This document shows, one piece after another, positions 15,097-24,546 of a DNA stretch of 34,503 nt (position 1 is its first letter; each line of letters starts with the position of its first letter). The stretch lies in NCBI GenBank assembly GCA_041639695.1, contig JBEQBQ010000009.1, forward strand, positions 8,209 to 42,711, written 5' to 3'. The position numbers and the translations under genes were made by a program. The notes under the pieces are model-generated. The model was not told where the DNA came from and did not search any database. It was given only the letters and a program-made list of their open reading frames with translations. This stretch comes from Candidatus Nanohaloarchaea archaeon. GTDB lineage: Archaea; Nanohalarchaeota; Nanosalinia; Nanosalinales; Nanosalinaceae.

Positions 15097-16275
15097 CTAG
15101 ATCTCAATAATCTTCTGGCTGGCCATCAAAACCATTAGTACAGTACCTCCAGTCACAACAGTAACTCCGAGAACCGATAGTGCCTGTGTCACAGAATATA
15201 CATCTGAGACTAACCCTATGCCTGGCATTAGAGCTGCCTGTAATAATCTTCCTACCAGGCTCTGTGTCGATAGGATGGTAGAACGGTTCTCCGAATCAAC
15301 AAGTTTGTTTACGTAGTCGGATATAACAGGTTTTGAGAATCCTCGTACGAACTGTTGTAGGAAGACAAAGCCGAAGGCGAAGATAAAGACGAAGCTTGAC
15401 ATCAAAGCTAGGCTGGCAGTTATTAGAAATGTGAGGCTGACAAGGGACAACGCCATTCCCAGTCTATCCTCTATTGCATGAGCGTACTTCGAAGCTCCAG
15501 CTGATACCACGTTGAACCCTGCAAATATCAAACCGAATGAGGCAACCTGTAGGCCTGTAAGCTTGAAATAAGGCTGGTAAAGCCAGAAAGCTGTCTGAAG
15601 AGAAGCATAAACAAACGCGCCATAAAGTATCAACAGTCTTAGATCTTTTGTTTTAGCAACTTCGGTTACTACGGCCTTCAGACTTTTGGTTTCTTCATCC
15701 CCCAGATCTTTATGATGTCTAGGCTCTTTCAAACTGTAAGCTACCGGTATCATCGCCGCAATTACAGGTAGCTGGGCGTAGAAAGGCCAGCGAAGATTAA
15801 ATTCGCCTATAAATCCTCCCAGTATTGCGGCAGCTGCAGCCGTAATCATGTAGTATGAGGTGGAACGACCCCATTTCTCCTTGTAAGTATCTTCCTCTCC
15901 AAGCTCGACCAGAGTATCGTAGAACATAGCCGTATCCGCACCTGAAACAAGTGATACGCCTACAGCCCAGATAATCTCGGCCACAAGAAACTCCATAAAG
16001 CCCTGTCCAATTGCGTAGACGCCCATTCCTACGGTGGCGAATATCGAAGCCACCACCAAGGTATTTTTTCGGCCATAGATGTCAGCTATGTAGCCAGAAG
16101 GCACTTCCAGAACAATAACCGAGATCGCGAACAGTGCCTGCAGAACCATGACCTCAAACATGGAAAGACCGTTCTGTTTCCAGAAGAGAACAATAATAGG
16201 TGTCATTAAGAGGGCGCCGTACAGCGCTCTGAATATGTAGAGCTTAGGAATATTTGATTCCAGTTCCTCTGTCAT
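15097..16275 (-). CDS. MFS transporter
   Basis: About 12 TM segments; LEVPSGYIADIYGRK motif A; SGADTAMFYDTL. Confidence 0.92.
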   Translation of the reverse strand: MTEELESNIPKLYIFRALYGALLMTPIIVLFWKQNGLSMFEVMVLQALFAISVIVLEVPSGYIADIYGRKNTLVVASIFATVGMGVYAIGQGFMEFLVAEIIWAVGVSLVSGADTAMFYDTLVELGEEDTYKEKWGRSTSYYMITAAAAAILGGFIGEFNLRWPFYAQLPVIAAMIPVAYSLKEPRHHKDLGDEETKSLKAVVTEVAKTKDLRLLILYGAFVYASLQTAFWLYQPYFKLTGLQVASFGLIFAGFNVVSAGASKYAHAIEDRLGMALSLVSLTFLITASLALMSSFVFIFAFGFVFLQQFVRGFSKPVISDYVNKLVDSENRSTILSTQSLVGRLLQAALMPGIGLVSDVYSVTQALSVLGVTVVTGGTVLMVLMASQKIIEI

Positions 16276-16318
16276 TCAATTGAAATTTAGTAGGAGGGGA
16301 AAATAAAAAGAGAGGGCT

Positions 16319-16771
16319 TTAGGCGTACTCATCAGGTATCTCTTTCGCCAGAGAGAATTCTTGCTGCTACCTCTACACTTGCCGATACTCGTCGAGAAGT
16401 TTCCGCTCCTGGAGTCTTCGTCGAGGTATGGCCTTAGCTTGTCTACCGCCATATTGCTGCTTGTCGAGTATGTAGATCTAGCCTGGTATATATCTCTGCC
16501 TCTGGCAAGCAGGTCAAGAGCTTCCACAAGATTATCGCTGCTGCTTTTCCTGAACATCACAGTCTCCTTCGAGATCGTGGACGTAAAGATACAAAGAATC
16601 AGTTGAAAGACCTAGTCCATCATAGATTTCTTCGATATCTTTCGGGCTGGCCTCTGTACGATCCTGTAATCTCTCTGGTTGGTTGCTTTCCCTCTCACTA
16701 GATGTAGCTGAAACCATAGCAGTGGAGACGTTAAGTTTCTCTGCTTTTTCAAGTATCTCTTCTGAAACCAC
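16319..16771 (-). pseudogene. probable multiply frameshifted remnant of an acidic protein gene
   Basis: Halophile-like peptides in alternating minus-strand frames: MVSEEILEKAEKL..PKDIEEIYDGL / NLVEALDLLARG..MAVDKLRPYLDED / LQERKLLDEYRQ / VEVAARILSGE / EIPDEYA*. Confidence 0.45.
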
Positions 16772-16805
16772 GAAGCTAATAGAAAATAGAAAAAATATTT
16801 AAGAC

Positions 16806-18728
16806 CTAGAGGGAGTCGGTTTCGAGTTTCTTCTGCTCAACTTCCTCTCTCAACGCCTCTTTGAACTCATCGACGCCGATATCACTTTCTTCACGCTCCT
16901 TTCTGTCCCGGACTGAAAGGTTTCCTGCTTCTTCCTCGTCGTCTCCAAGGATCAGCATGTACGGAACGTTGTCGTCGTGTGCGGCCTGAATCTTCTTACC
17001 GACAGTCCATGAACGATCTTCGATCTCAACACGGAAGTCGTCAAGCTCTTCCTGGATTTCCCGTGCATAATTGAGGTTGTCGTCCGTCACAGGCAAGATT
17101 CGTACCTGTTCGGGGGCTAACCATGTCGGGAAGTCTCCTGCGAAGTGCTCGATCATGACTCCCATGAAACGTTCGATGCTTCCTAAGATTGCACGGTGAA
17201 GCATGACTGGATAGTGTTCTTCGTTGTCCTCACCAACGTACTTGAGGCCGTAGTTTCTCGGAATAACAAAGTCGAGCTGAACTGTTCCTAGCTGCCATTC
17301 ACGTCCAATCGCGTCCTCAACTTCAACACCGATCTTCGGACCGTAAAACGCTCCCTCCTCGGGTTTGACCTCGTAGTCATCGACTTTTTCTTCTAGAGCG
17401 TTCTTTAATGCGGTTTCTGCTTCATCCCATAGTTCGTCAGGGCCTTGTGCTTTAGGCGGCTTTGTCTCCATGATGAAGTTGACTTCGAAACCGAACTCGT
17501 CGTACATCTCGATAATCTTCTCGAGATGGGCTTTGACTTCTTCCTCTATCTGATCCTTTCTCATGTAGGCGTGGCCATCGTCCTGTGTCAATACACGAAC
17601 TCTGAGAAGTCCTGAAAGCTCTCCGCTCTGCTCGTTCCTGTTGACGGTTCCGAACTCGGAAAGCTTGATAGGAAGCTCTTTGTAGCTTCTCTTGTCGTTG
17701 TCGAAGATATGGCTGTGGTTCGCACAGTTCATCGGCTTCAAACCGTACTCTGTGTCGTCCTGCTCCCAGGCAAACATCTCGCCCTCCTCCTTGAAGGCTT
17801 CGTAGTGTCCTGTCTTTTTCCAGAGCTCTGCCTTATTCAGCTCGGGCGTCCAGACCTCTTCGTATCCGAGTTCTTTGTTCTTCTCACGGATGTACTCTTC
17901 CAGCTCTCTCCTGATTGTCATACCGGCACGATGGTAGTGAGGTGCTCCAGGAGCGTGTTCCGGTACGGAAAAAAGATCCATCTCCTTCCCGATCTTTCTG
18001 TGATCGCGTTTCTCGGCCTCCCTTTTCTTTTCAAGGAAGTCTGCAAGCTTTGACTCTGTCGGGAATGCTGTTCCGTAAACCCTTGTCAGCATCTCGTTTT
18101 CTTCATCGCCTCTCCAGTAAGCCCCTGCAATTTCCAGAAGCTTGAAACCTCCTACTTCGCCTGTTGAGGAAACGTGAGGTCCCTTACACAGGTCCTTGAA
18201 CTCTCCCTGCTTGTAGAATGAAACCTTGTCGCCTTCACCGGCTTCGTCATTCAAAATCTCTCTTTTGTATTCGTTGTCTTTAAAGAACTCTTCCGCTTCT
18301 TCACGTGAAACCATCTCTCTTTCGATCTCGAGGTCCTCTTCTACTATCTTCTGCATCTCTTCCTCTATTTCTTCGAAGTCTTCCTCCTCGATCTCAATCC
18401 CTTCAATATCGTAGTAGAAGCCTTCGTCAGTCCAAGGACCGATCGTCAGCTTTACTTTGTCGCCGTAAATTCTCTTGAGTGCCTGGGCAAAGACGTGGGC
18501 TGCGGAGTGTCTTAGAACCTGGATGTATTCATCGCTCTGGTCAGTAACTATCTCTATCTCATCTCCTTCAGACACGTTCTCTTCTTTGGCAACTAGCTCG
18601 CTGTTGATCTTTCCCGCGACGGTGTCGTCCCCGAGGCCTGTACCTATCTCGTACGCTACGTCTTCTATTGTTGCGTCTTCTTCGACCTCTAGCTCGGATC
18701 CGTCCGGAAGTTCCACTTGAATGCTCAT
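16806..18728 (-). CDS. thrS: threonine--tRNA ligase (bacterial type, TGS + SAD editing domain)
   Basis: TGS N-terminus, RHSAAH...DLCKGPH editing motif, GAYWRGD, KRDHRKIG, LKPMNC, GAFYGPK, HRAILGSIERF, FP.WLAP.Q. Confidence 0.97.
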   Translation of the reverse strand: MSIQVELPDGSELEVEEDATIEDVAYEIGTGLGDDTVAGKINSELVAKEENVSEGDEIEIVTDQSDEYIQVLRHSAAHVFAQALKRIYGDKVKLTIGPWTDEGFYYDIEGIEIEEEDFEEIEEEMQKIVEEDLEIEREMVSREEAEEFFKDNEYKREILNDEAGEGDKVSFYKQGEFKDLCKGPHVSSTGEVGGFKLLEIAGAYWRGDEENEMLTRVYGTAFPTESKLADFLEKKREAEKRDHRKIGKEMDLFSVPEHAPGAPHYHRAGMTIRRELEEYIREKNKELGYEEVWTPELNKAELWKKTGHYEAFKEEGEMFAWEQDDTEYGLKPMNCANHSHIFDNDKRSYKELPIKLSEFGTVNRNEQSGELSGLLRVRVLTQDDGHAYMRKDQIEEEVKAHLEKIIEMYDEFGFEVNFIMETKPPKAQGPDELWDEAETALKNALEEKVDDYEVKPEEGAFYGPKIGVEVEDAIGREWQLGTVQLDFVIPRNYGLKYVGEDNEEHYPVMLHRAILGSIERFMGVMIEHFAGDFPTWLAPEQVRILPVTDDNLNYAREIQEELDDFRVEIEDRSWTVGKKIQAAHDDNVPYMLILGDDEEEAGNLSVRDRKEREESDIGVDEFKEALREEVEQKKLETDSL

Positions 18729-18891
18729 AACGCTTCACTTCGGAGAGAACTATTTAAACGGTTTTGAGTGCAGCTGCGACTACAGCTGTAGAAGTTCAAC
18801 TTGTGACGGGGTAAAACATCCACCCTTCATAATTGATCAAGTATTGTTGGAGGGCTGAACAGTTAATAATCTTCCCCGACCCATTATCGGT

Positions 18892-19404
18892 ATGATCAAA
18901 GTTCTCCGCTTAGGGCACCGCGCAGGAAGAGATGACAGGATTTCAACGCATGTAGGTCTTACCTCAAGGCAGTGGGGTGCCGATGAAATCATTTATTCTG
19001 GGCAGCACGACTCAAGCATGATGCAGAGCGTCGAAGATATAGTTGAAAGGTGGGGCGGAGACTTCAACGTCAGATACACAGAAGAGTGGAAGAAGGAGAT
19101 CAAGAAGTTTGAGGGCCTCAAATTACATTTGACTATGTACGGCGAGAGGATAGATGAGAAGATCGCTGAAATAAACGACGATTTAGATGAGAAGGACTTG
19201 ATGATTATAGTTGGCGCGGAAAAGGTTCCTCGATGGGTTTACACACATGTCGACTTCAATATCTCGGTAGGGAATCAGCCTCACAGCGAGATAGCGGCGC
19301 TGGCAGTCTTCATGGATAGAGTTACGGAAATAAAGGAAGAGTTTAAAGATGCAGACATAGTGGTAGAGCCAAGTGAGGACAGAAAGCTGACAGAGAAAGA
19401 GTAG
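18892..19404 (+). CDS. trm56: tRNA (cytidine(56)-2'-O)-methyltransferase
   Basis: VLRLGHR..RD.RISTHVGL, HLTMYG, VGAEKVP, NISVGNQPHSEIAALAVF.DR. Confidence 0.95.
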   Translation: MIKVLRLGHRAGRDDRISTHVGLTSRQWGADEIIYSGQHDSSMMQSVEDIVERWGGDFNVRYTEEWKKEIKKFEGLKLHLTMYGERIDEKIAEINDDLDEKDLMIIVGAEKVPRWVYTHVDFNISVGNQPHSEIAALAVFMDRVTEIKEEFKDADIVVEPSEDRKLTEKE

Positions 19405-19454
19405 TTACTATACAATAGTAAACTTTAAATTGTTGCAGGTGAAAAATAATTAGT

Positions 19455-20090
19455 ATGGCAGAAGAGTTCCTAAACCCTACTACCTCCAACGAGGAACTGA
19501 TGGAAAGATACCGTGAAAACAAGAATCAGGGTATAAATACAGACGGCGGATTTTGTGAAGGAAACATCTCTTACGAATGCGTTCAGGATTCCCTTCTAGA
19601 AGCAACAGAACTTCTTGACGGAAGATCTGACTACGTTTTTCTAGGAGGAGTACCTACACAAGTGGTTGTAGCATCGGTCCATGGAGAATCGGACTACATG
19701 ATGAGAGAGTTCGGTGACAGAACAACAAGCGACCTCGATGTACTTTCCAACAATCCTGCTGAAGTCAAAAGAGAATTAAGACCGTACGATGAAGGAGAAC
19801 TGCTTGATCTTGATGTTGTAGATCCAAGTGTTTTCAACGGAAACGCAGAAGAAGTAATTTCTTCCGCTATGGAAGTGAACCCGGAATCATACAATATAGG
19901 TACTGAGGTCAGGGTGCCGGGAGTTACAGACCAGATTTACACGAAAATACATGATGAGCCGTCAAGACAGAAGGCCGGAACATCACACGATGCCAGAATT
20001 TTGAAAAGGGAGTTCGGTTACGACAACCAGAGAATGAGACATTTACTTGGCGGCAACGAAGAAGCTTGGAGCTATCTTGAACGACTTTAA
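19455..20090 (+). CDS. putative nucleotidyltransferase-fold protein (AbiEii/DUF6036-like)
   Basis: YVFLGG...DRTTSDLDVL, later V.VP......K...R.K...D pattern; N-terminal INTDGG. Confidence 0.55.
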   Translation: MAEEFLNPTTSNEELMERYRENKNQGINTDGGFCEGNISYECVQDSLLEATELLDGRSDYVFLGGVPTQVVVASVHGESDYMMREFGDRTTSDLDVLSNNPAEVKRELRPYDEGELLDLDVVDPSVFNGNAEEVISSAMEVNPESYNIGTEVRVPGVTDQIYTKIHDEPSRQKAGTSHDARILKREFGYDNQRMRHLLGGNEEAWSYLERL

Positions 20091-20999
20091 TTACTCCGGT
20101 CTATGAGGTTTAACCTCGAACTTCTTGCCGTCCTCTCCGAGCTCTGAGTTCTCAAAAGTATTCTGGGCCTCTTCCAAAAGCTCTGATTCTTTCCCGTTCC
20201 TGAATCTTCTTGAAAGGTGTGTTAGAACAAGTCTGTCTACGTTGGCTTCTTTTGCTATTTCGGCGGCCTGTTTTGCGGAGGTATGGCCATCTCTATCCTC
20301 GATCATCTCGTGTAGACATGTGGCTTCATGGATCAGGAGGTCGGCGTCTTCTGCGTTCTCTACCATGTTCTGGCATTTTGCGGTATCTCCTGAGTAGACA
20401 ACTTTTCTTCCAGGAACTGTCTCTACTATCTCTTCAGGTTTAATTTTTTCTCCATCGTGTTCTATAGTCTCTCCGTTCTTCAGCTTGCCTATCTTGGGTG
20501 AGGCTTCCAAACCAAGTTCTTTCATTTTTTCCTTGTTGGCCTTCACTTTCTCTTCTTCTTTGAAGACGAATCCAAACGCGTTTATTCCGTGTTCGACTTC
20601 AAAAGGTTTCACGGTGAAACCTTTTCCGGCGATAACATCTCCTTCGACAAGATCTTCTACAAATATGTCGTATGATCGGTTGAAGTATCCTGTGTCTAGT
20701 ATTCTGTCCGTAAATTCTTCTGTTCTTGGTGGGCCGTAGATGTAGAGAGGTTTTTCTCTTCCTTCCATTTCGAGTGTCTGGATAAGTCCTAGTAGTCCTG
20801 AGAAATGGTCGGCGTGCCAGTGAGAGATAAAAACCTTGTCTATCTTCATCAGTCCCATCTTGTGCTTCATAAGGTTTCTCTGTGTTCCTTCTCCGCAATC
20901 GAAAAGTATTCGATCTCCTTTGTAGTTTATGAGGTTGGAGGCAAGCGCCCTGTCCGAGGTTGGTACTGCGCTTGAGGTTCCTACTGTCCAAACGTCCAT
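20091..20999 (-). CDS. rnz: ribonuclease Z
   Basis: GTSSAVPT..R, FDCGEGTQ, SHWHADHFSGL, exosite, YSGDT, LIHEAT, HTSA.QAA, LTHLSRR. Confidence 0.96.
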   Translation of the reverse strand: MDVWTVGTSSAVPTSDRALASNLINYKGDRILFDCGEGTQRNLMKHKMGLMKIDKVFISHWHADHFSGLLGLIQTLEMEGREKPLYIYGPPRTEEFTDRILDTGYFNRSYDIFVEDLVEGDVIAGKGFTVKPFEVEHGINAFGFVFKEEEKVKANKEKMKELGLEASPKIGKLKNGETIEHDGEKIKPEEIVETVPGRKVVYSGDTAKCQNMVENAEDADLLIHEATCLHEMIEDRDGHTSAKQAAEIAKEANVDRLVLTHLSRRFRNGKESELLEEAQNTFENSELGEDGKKFEVKPHRPE

Positions 21000-21083
21000 A
21001 AACTTAGTTGAGTGTGCGAACTTTTTATGGTCTCTACGGAAGCAAGCCCAAGATTTTTATCTGTGGCTTAAAAGTAACAATAT

Positions 21084-21554
21084 ATGTCTTCTGATACATC
21101 TTCTGGAGGACAATTAATTGATCTAGATCAAGATTACGAAATAATTTCCACAGAGGAAAAAGACCTAGTTGCCCTCATTAACCCTAATAATGATTCATTT
21201 CGGACGGCTGACGAATATTCGGTAAGCCCTCAAGAGATCCCTCTAGTGCTTCACACCTCTCGGGATATTGTAAAGGGTTATATTCCTGAGGGTATTAAAG
21301 GCAGGGAAGCCTACGATATAGGGGAGGCATATCTTGAAGGTAGGGAATTCCATATTACGCAGAATAATGAGAGGTGGGAGATGGGAGTCAAAATGATTTT
21401 AGATGGAATAAGACAGGATGTTACAGAACAGAATAAAGATTTTTCAAGTAGAAGGAAGGCCTACACCCGGCCATCAGCAGGTAACGTATCTAGAGAGGAG
21501 GATGACTGCTGGACCTCAAACTACGATCCGGCTACAGAATTCGATTTCAGTTAG
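21084..21554 (+). CDS. hypothetical protein
   Basis: 156-aa acidic ORF; TTTTTAT box about 26 nt upstream; stop overlaps the trm11 stop. Confidence 0.6.
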   Translation: MSSDTSSGGQLIDLDQDYEIISTEEKDLVALINPNNDSFRTADEYSVSPQEIPLVLHTSRDIVKGYIPEGIKGREAYDIGEAYLEGREFHITQNNERWEMGVKMILDGIRQDVTEQNKDFSSRRKAYTRPSAGNVSREEDDCWTSNYDPATEFDFS

Positions 21555-22471
21555 ATAATGTATATGTAACGAGTGAGGTTCTTGTGAACGTAGACCTCAA
21601 ATTCGGGTTTTAATTCATTAATTTCATTTTTATCAGACATGAATACAATTTTTCCGCAGTTTAATTTTGGAGCGACTTCAAGAAATGATTCAACAGCAGA
21701 TCCCTCCTTTTTAGAGGCTTTTCCGTAGGGAACGTCCGTAACTATCGCATCAAAGTCTTTATCAAAGATTTCAACAGCATTTTCAACTCTGCCTTTGCGT
21801 ACATCATGTCTCAGTATTCCAAAATCCTCTAAGTTCTCTTTCGTACCTTCGACCATTTCTTCTTGAATGTCAAGGCCATGGACATCTATCCCGCAGAGAC
21901 CTGCCTCGATCAATATACCTCCTGTACCGCAGAACGGATCAAGCAGTTTTTCGCCAGCTGAAACTTCGGAGAGATTAACTAAAACTCTAGCAAGCATAGG
22001 ATCGAGAGAAACGGGAGAGGAAAATGACCGGTGCTGGTTCTTCCGTTGATCGAAAAGGCTCCGGTCAATTTCAATAACTTCTCTACCGATAATGTACTTT
22101 TCATTAAGTATGTAGACCTTTATGATTTCTTCCGGATTTTCAAGATCTACCGAGTTTTTCTCTGTCTTCAGTGAGGCTCCTAAGCTTTTTTCCACCTCTT
22201 TAGAATCGTTTTCTCCAGTGAGATTTTTGGCTCTGACAGCAAAACTTCCATCAGGTTCGTAAGAGGTTTCTAGATTTCCTGATCTTTCAATAATTTCAGT
22301 CACCTCGTGTGTTAACGCCAGTCTCTCTAACTGCTTAGGTTCATTATTTGTGAAAGCAAGCCTTTCTGTCTTTTCAGGTGTTTCATCTATATTTTGAGAT
22401 TTTAGGAATCCTTTGAGGTCTGCCCTCGCCAGCTCTAAGTTATCTCCGGCAAGAAGATAGGCATAACTCAT
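21551..22471 (-). CDS. trm11: tRNA (guanine(10)-N2)-methyltransferase Trm11/TrmG10
   Basis: THUMP-like SFAVRA..VDLENP, P.SLDP.LAR.LVNL, LDPFCGTGGILIEA, IVTDVPYG, VHKNLTRYI. Confidence 0.9.
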   Translation of the reverse strand: MSYAYLLAGDNLELARADLKGFLKSQNIDETPEKTERLAFTNNEPKQLERLALTHEVTEIIERSGNLETSYEPDGSFAVRAKNLTGENDSKEVEKSLGASLKTEKNSVDLENPEEIIKVYILNEKYIIGREVIEIDRSLFDQRKNQHRSFSSPVSLDPMLARVLVNLSEVSAGEKLLDPFCGTGGILIEAGLCGIDVHGLDIQEEMVEGTKENLEDFGILRHDVRKGRVENAVEIFDKDFDAIVTDVPYGKASKKEGSAVESFLEVAPKLNCGKIVFMSDKNEINELKPEFEVYVHKNLTRYIYII

Positions 22472-23463
22472 GGTTTTCCACCGTTCTCTAAACCGGTGAT
22501 GGAGATATAACCTATGATTATGCCTGGCCAGTATGTACAGAGCCTGAATAAGACTGCGGCTACAACCGCATGGCTTCCCGGGAGCCCAAGGAAGGTCATA
22601 ACGAGGAAGGACATGGTGGCTTCGAAGGCTCCGGAGCCGCCCGGAGTGGGGGCGAATTCGGCTAGGCCCGATATCACGATTACGAAGTATAGAGGTGTAA
22701 AGTTAGGGTTGTATCCTAGTGAGATGAGCACGAAGAAGAGGCAGAGTACGTGGAAAATGAACGATAAGTGAGCTATAGCAGCTGTTCTAAGAAGCTGCCG
22801 TGGTTTTTCACCTATGGCTTCGAATGATCTCTCAATATCGCTCATTCTTTTGTCCACGCTGTTTACGATGCTTTCTCCTCTGCCTAAAGTGTCTGATATT
22901 TTTTGAAGGATGGATACAATTACACCCTCGATAGTCCCTGTTTTAAACCAGAGTAGGTAAACTAAAGGTCCGCCAATACCGACGATGATAACAGCTGCGT
23001 AAACTGTCTGAAGCATGATGTTGTTAATTGAACCGAATAGAAAGAGGTAACCTGCGCTTCCTAGTATAAACGTTAGTGTGGGTATCCCGTTTACGATGTC
23101 GCCAGATAAAACAGTTGAGAAGGCTTTTTCATAGCTTAAATCTGTGTTTCTTTTAATTATGTAGGCCATAAACGGTTCTCCGCCGAATTGGCCTAATGGA
23201 GTGATTGAATTCATGAACTGGCCTGCCATAAACAGTCTGAAAGAGTTTGTACGTTTCATTTCAAGTCCTATATGGTTAAGGAATTCGTGCCATGTATTTG
23301 AGAATACGAAAAATGTAGAAATTCCTGAAAGGAGTGCAGGTATGAGAATAGCTTTTTCAGCGGCTGCTAGAGCCTCCAGAAACTTATTAACATCGGCGAA
23401 GTAGATTAATCCGGCTAATATAAGAGAGGATAGTCCGAACCATAGGATTTTCTTAGTATCCAT
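22468..23463 (-). CDS. UPF0104 / lysylphosphatidylglycerol-synthase TM (flippase-like) membrane protein
   Basis: F.NSITP.GQ.GGEP, PTPGGSGAFE, LFRL.TYW motifs. ATG at 23463 (MDTKK) preferred over the longer track start. Confidence 0.88.
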   Translation of the reverse strand: MDTKKILWFGLSSLILAGLIYFADVNKFLEALAAAEKAILIPALLSGISTFFVFSNTWHEFLNHIGLEMKRTNSFRLFMAGQFMNSITPLGQFGGEPFMAYIIKRNTDLSYEKAFSTVLSGDIVNGIPTLTFILGSAGYLFLFGSINNIMLQTVYAAVIIVGIGGPLVYLLWFKTGTIEGVIVSILQKISDTLGRGESIVNSVDKRMSDIERSFEAIGEKPRQLLRTAAIAHLSFIFHVLCLFFVLISLGYNPNFTPLYFVIVISGLAEFAPTPGGSGAFEATMSFLVMTFLGLPGSHAVVAAVLFRLCTYWPGIIIGYISITGLENGGKP

Positions 23464-23737
23464 ACCTGTCCACATTTCCGCATTCTTCACATCGGTAATT
23501 AATGTTACGGTTTTTGGACTTTGCCTTTACAGTACAGTTCTCTCCTGGCACAAGGAACGAATGACACTCAGAGCAGTATCTTCTTTTTAATTCCGAGGGT
23601 ATCGGAACGTTGTAGCTCATCCCTATGGTTCTTGCCAGCTCAATATAGCGGTCTGAAAGATGTTTTTCCCTTTGAAATCTACTTGCTGCTAGTTCAAAAA
23701 GAATTCTGATACGCTCCTCAGCTATGGCTTTGCTCAT
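23453..23737 (-). CDS. rnp4: ribonuclease P protein component 4 (Rpp21)
   Basis: IA.ERI..LF..A, RY..LAR.I, KRRYCSEC...L.PG.N, CEECG...RY.Y. Confidence 0.93.
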   Translation of the reverse strand: MSKAIAEERIRILFELAASRFQREKHLSDRYIELARTIGMSYNVPIPSELKRRYCSECHSFLVPGENCTVKAKSKNRNINYRCEECGNVDRYGY

Positions 23738-23760
23738 TTTTCCAGGGTTACCTTTCCTTA

Positions 23761-24489
23761 CTAGTTAGATTCGTTTTCTCCGTAGGCTTCGAAACTGTAG
23801 TTGTCTCTAAGTTCTTTCTTTCCCCGAATCAAATAGGTTAGAGAGGGTCCGTAGTAGTGGGTAAGTGTGCCCAAAAATCCTTTTTGCCTAACTCTTCTAC
23901 CTGAGGCAAGAAATCTCTTACTCATCAAGACCACTTCTCCCTCCTTCTCGGCACGCTCTACGAACTCATGATCTTCGTGGAATGGCATCGTTTCGTCGAA
24001 TCCTCCGACCTTATCAAATACTTCTCTAGTAACGAAAAGGAAATTTCCTGTGGATGCAGACTCAAGACCGGTTTTGTGCATTAGGTATAGAAGCCCGGAT
24101 CCCAGATCAAACATTAGCTTTGCTCTCAGGTTGCCGTCAAACGTTCCCCATGTTGATGCCCCCGCTACTATGTTATCTCTCTCCATGTGGGATACAACGT
24201 CGCCAAGCACTTCGTTGTCCGCAAGTCTTATATCTGCGTCAAGGAAGAGAAGGTACTCGCCCTCAGCCTCTTCAGCACCGAGATTTCTAGCCCTTCCGGG
24301 CCCATCTTTTGGACCGTTCACGACCTTAGCTCCCTTTTCCTCTGCTATTTTAGGGGTCTTATCGCTACTCCCGGAATCCGACACTACGACCTCGTAGTCG
24401 GTGTACTCTTGGTTATTGATCTGATCAAGAAGTGGACCTATGTATTCCTCTTCCTCAAGAGTTGGGATGATAATTGAAAGCTTGCTCAT
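23761..24489 (-). CDS. glycosyltransferase family 2
   Basis: LSIIIPTLEEE, DSGSSDKT, ARNLGA, LLFLDAD, VGGFDE...EDH. Start at MSKLS (24489). Confidence 0.92.
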   Translation of the reverse strand: MSKLSIIIPTLEEEEYIGPLLDQINNQEYTDYEVVVSDSGSSDKTPKIAEEKGAKVVNGPKDGPGRARNLGAEEAEGEYLLFLDADIRLADNEVLGDVVSHMERDNIVAGASTWGTFDGNLRAKLMFDLGSGLLYLMHKTGLESASTGNFLFVTREVFDKVGGFDETMPFHEDHEFVERAEKEGEVVLMSKRFLASGRRVRQKGFLGTLTHYYGPSLTYLIRGKKELRDNYSFEAYGENESN

Positions 24490-24546
24490 GACAGCATGAA
24501 ACCAGCCGGTTTTTATAAAATTGTGCCATCTAATTATTTTGTTTTT

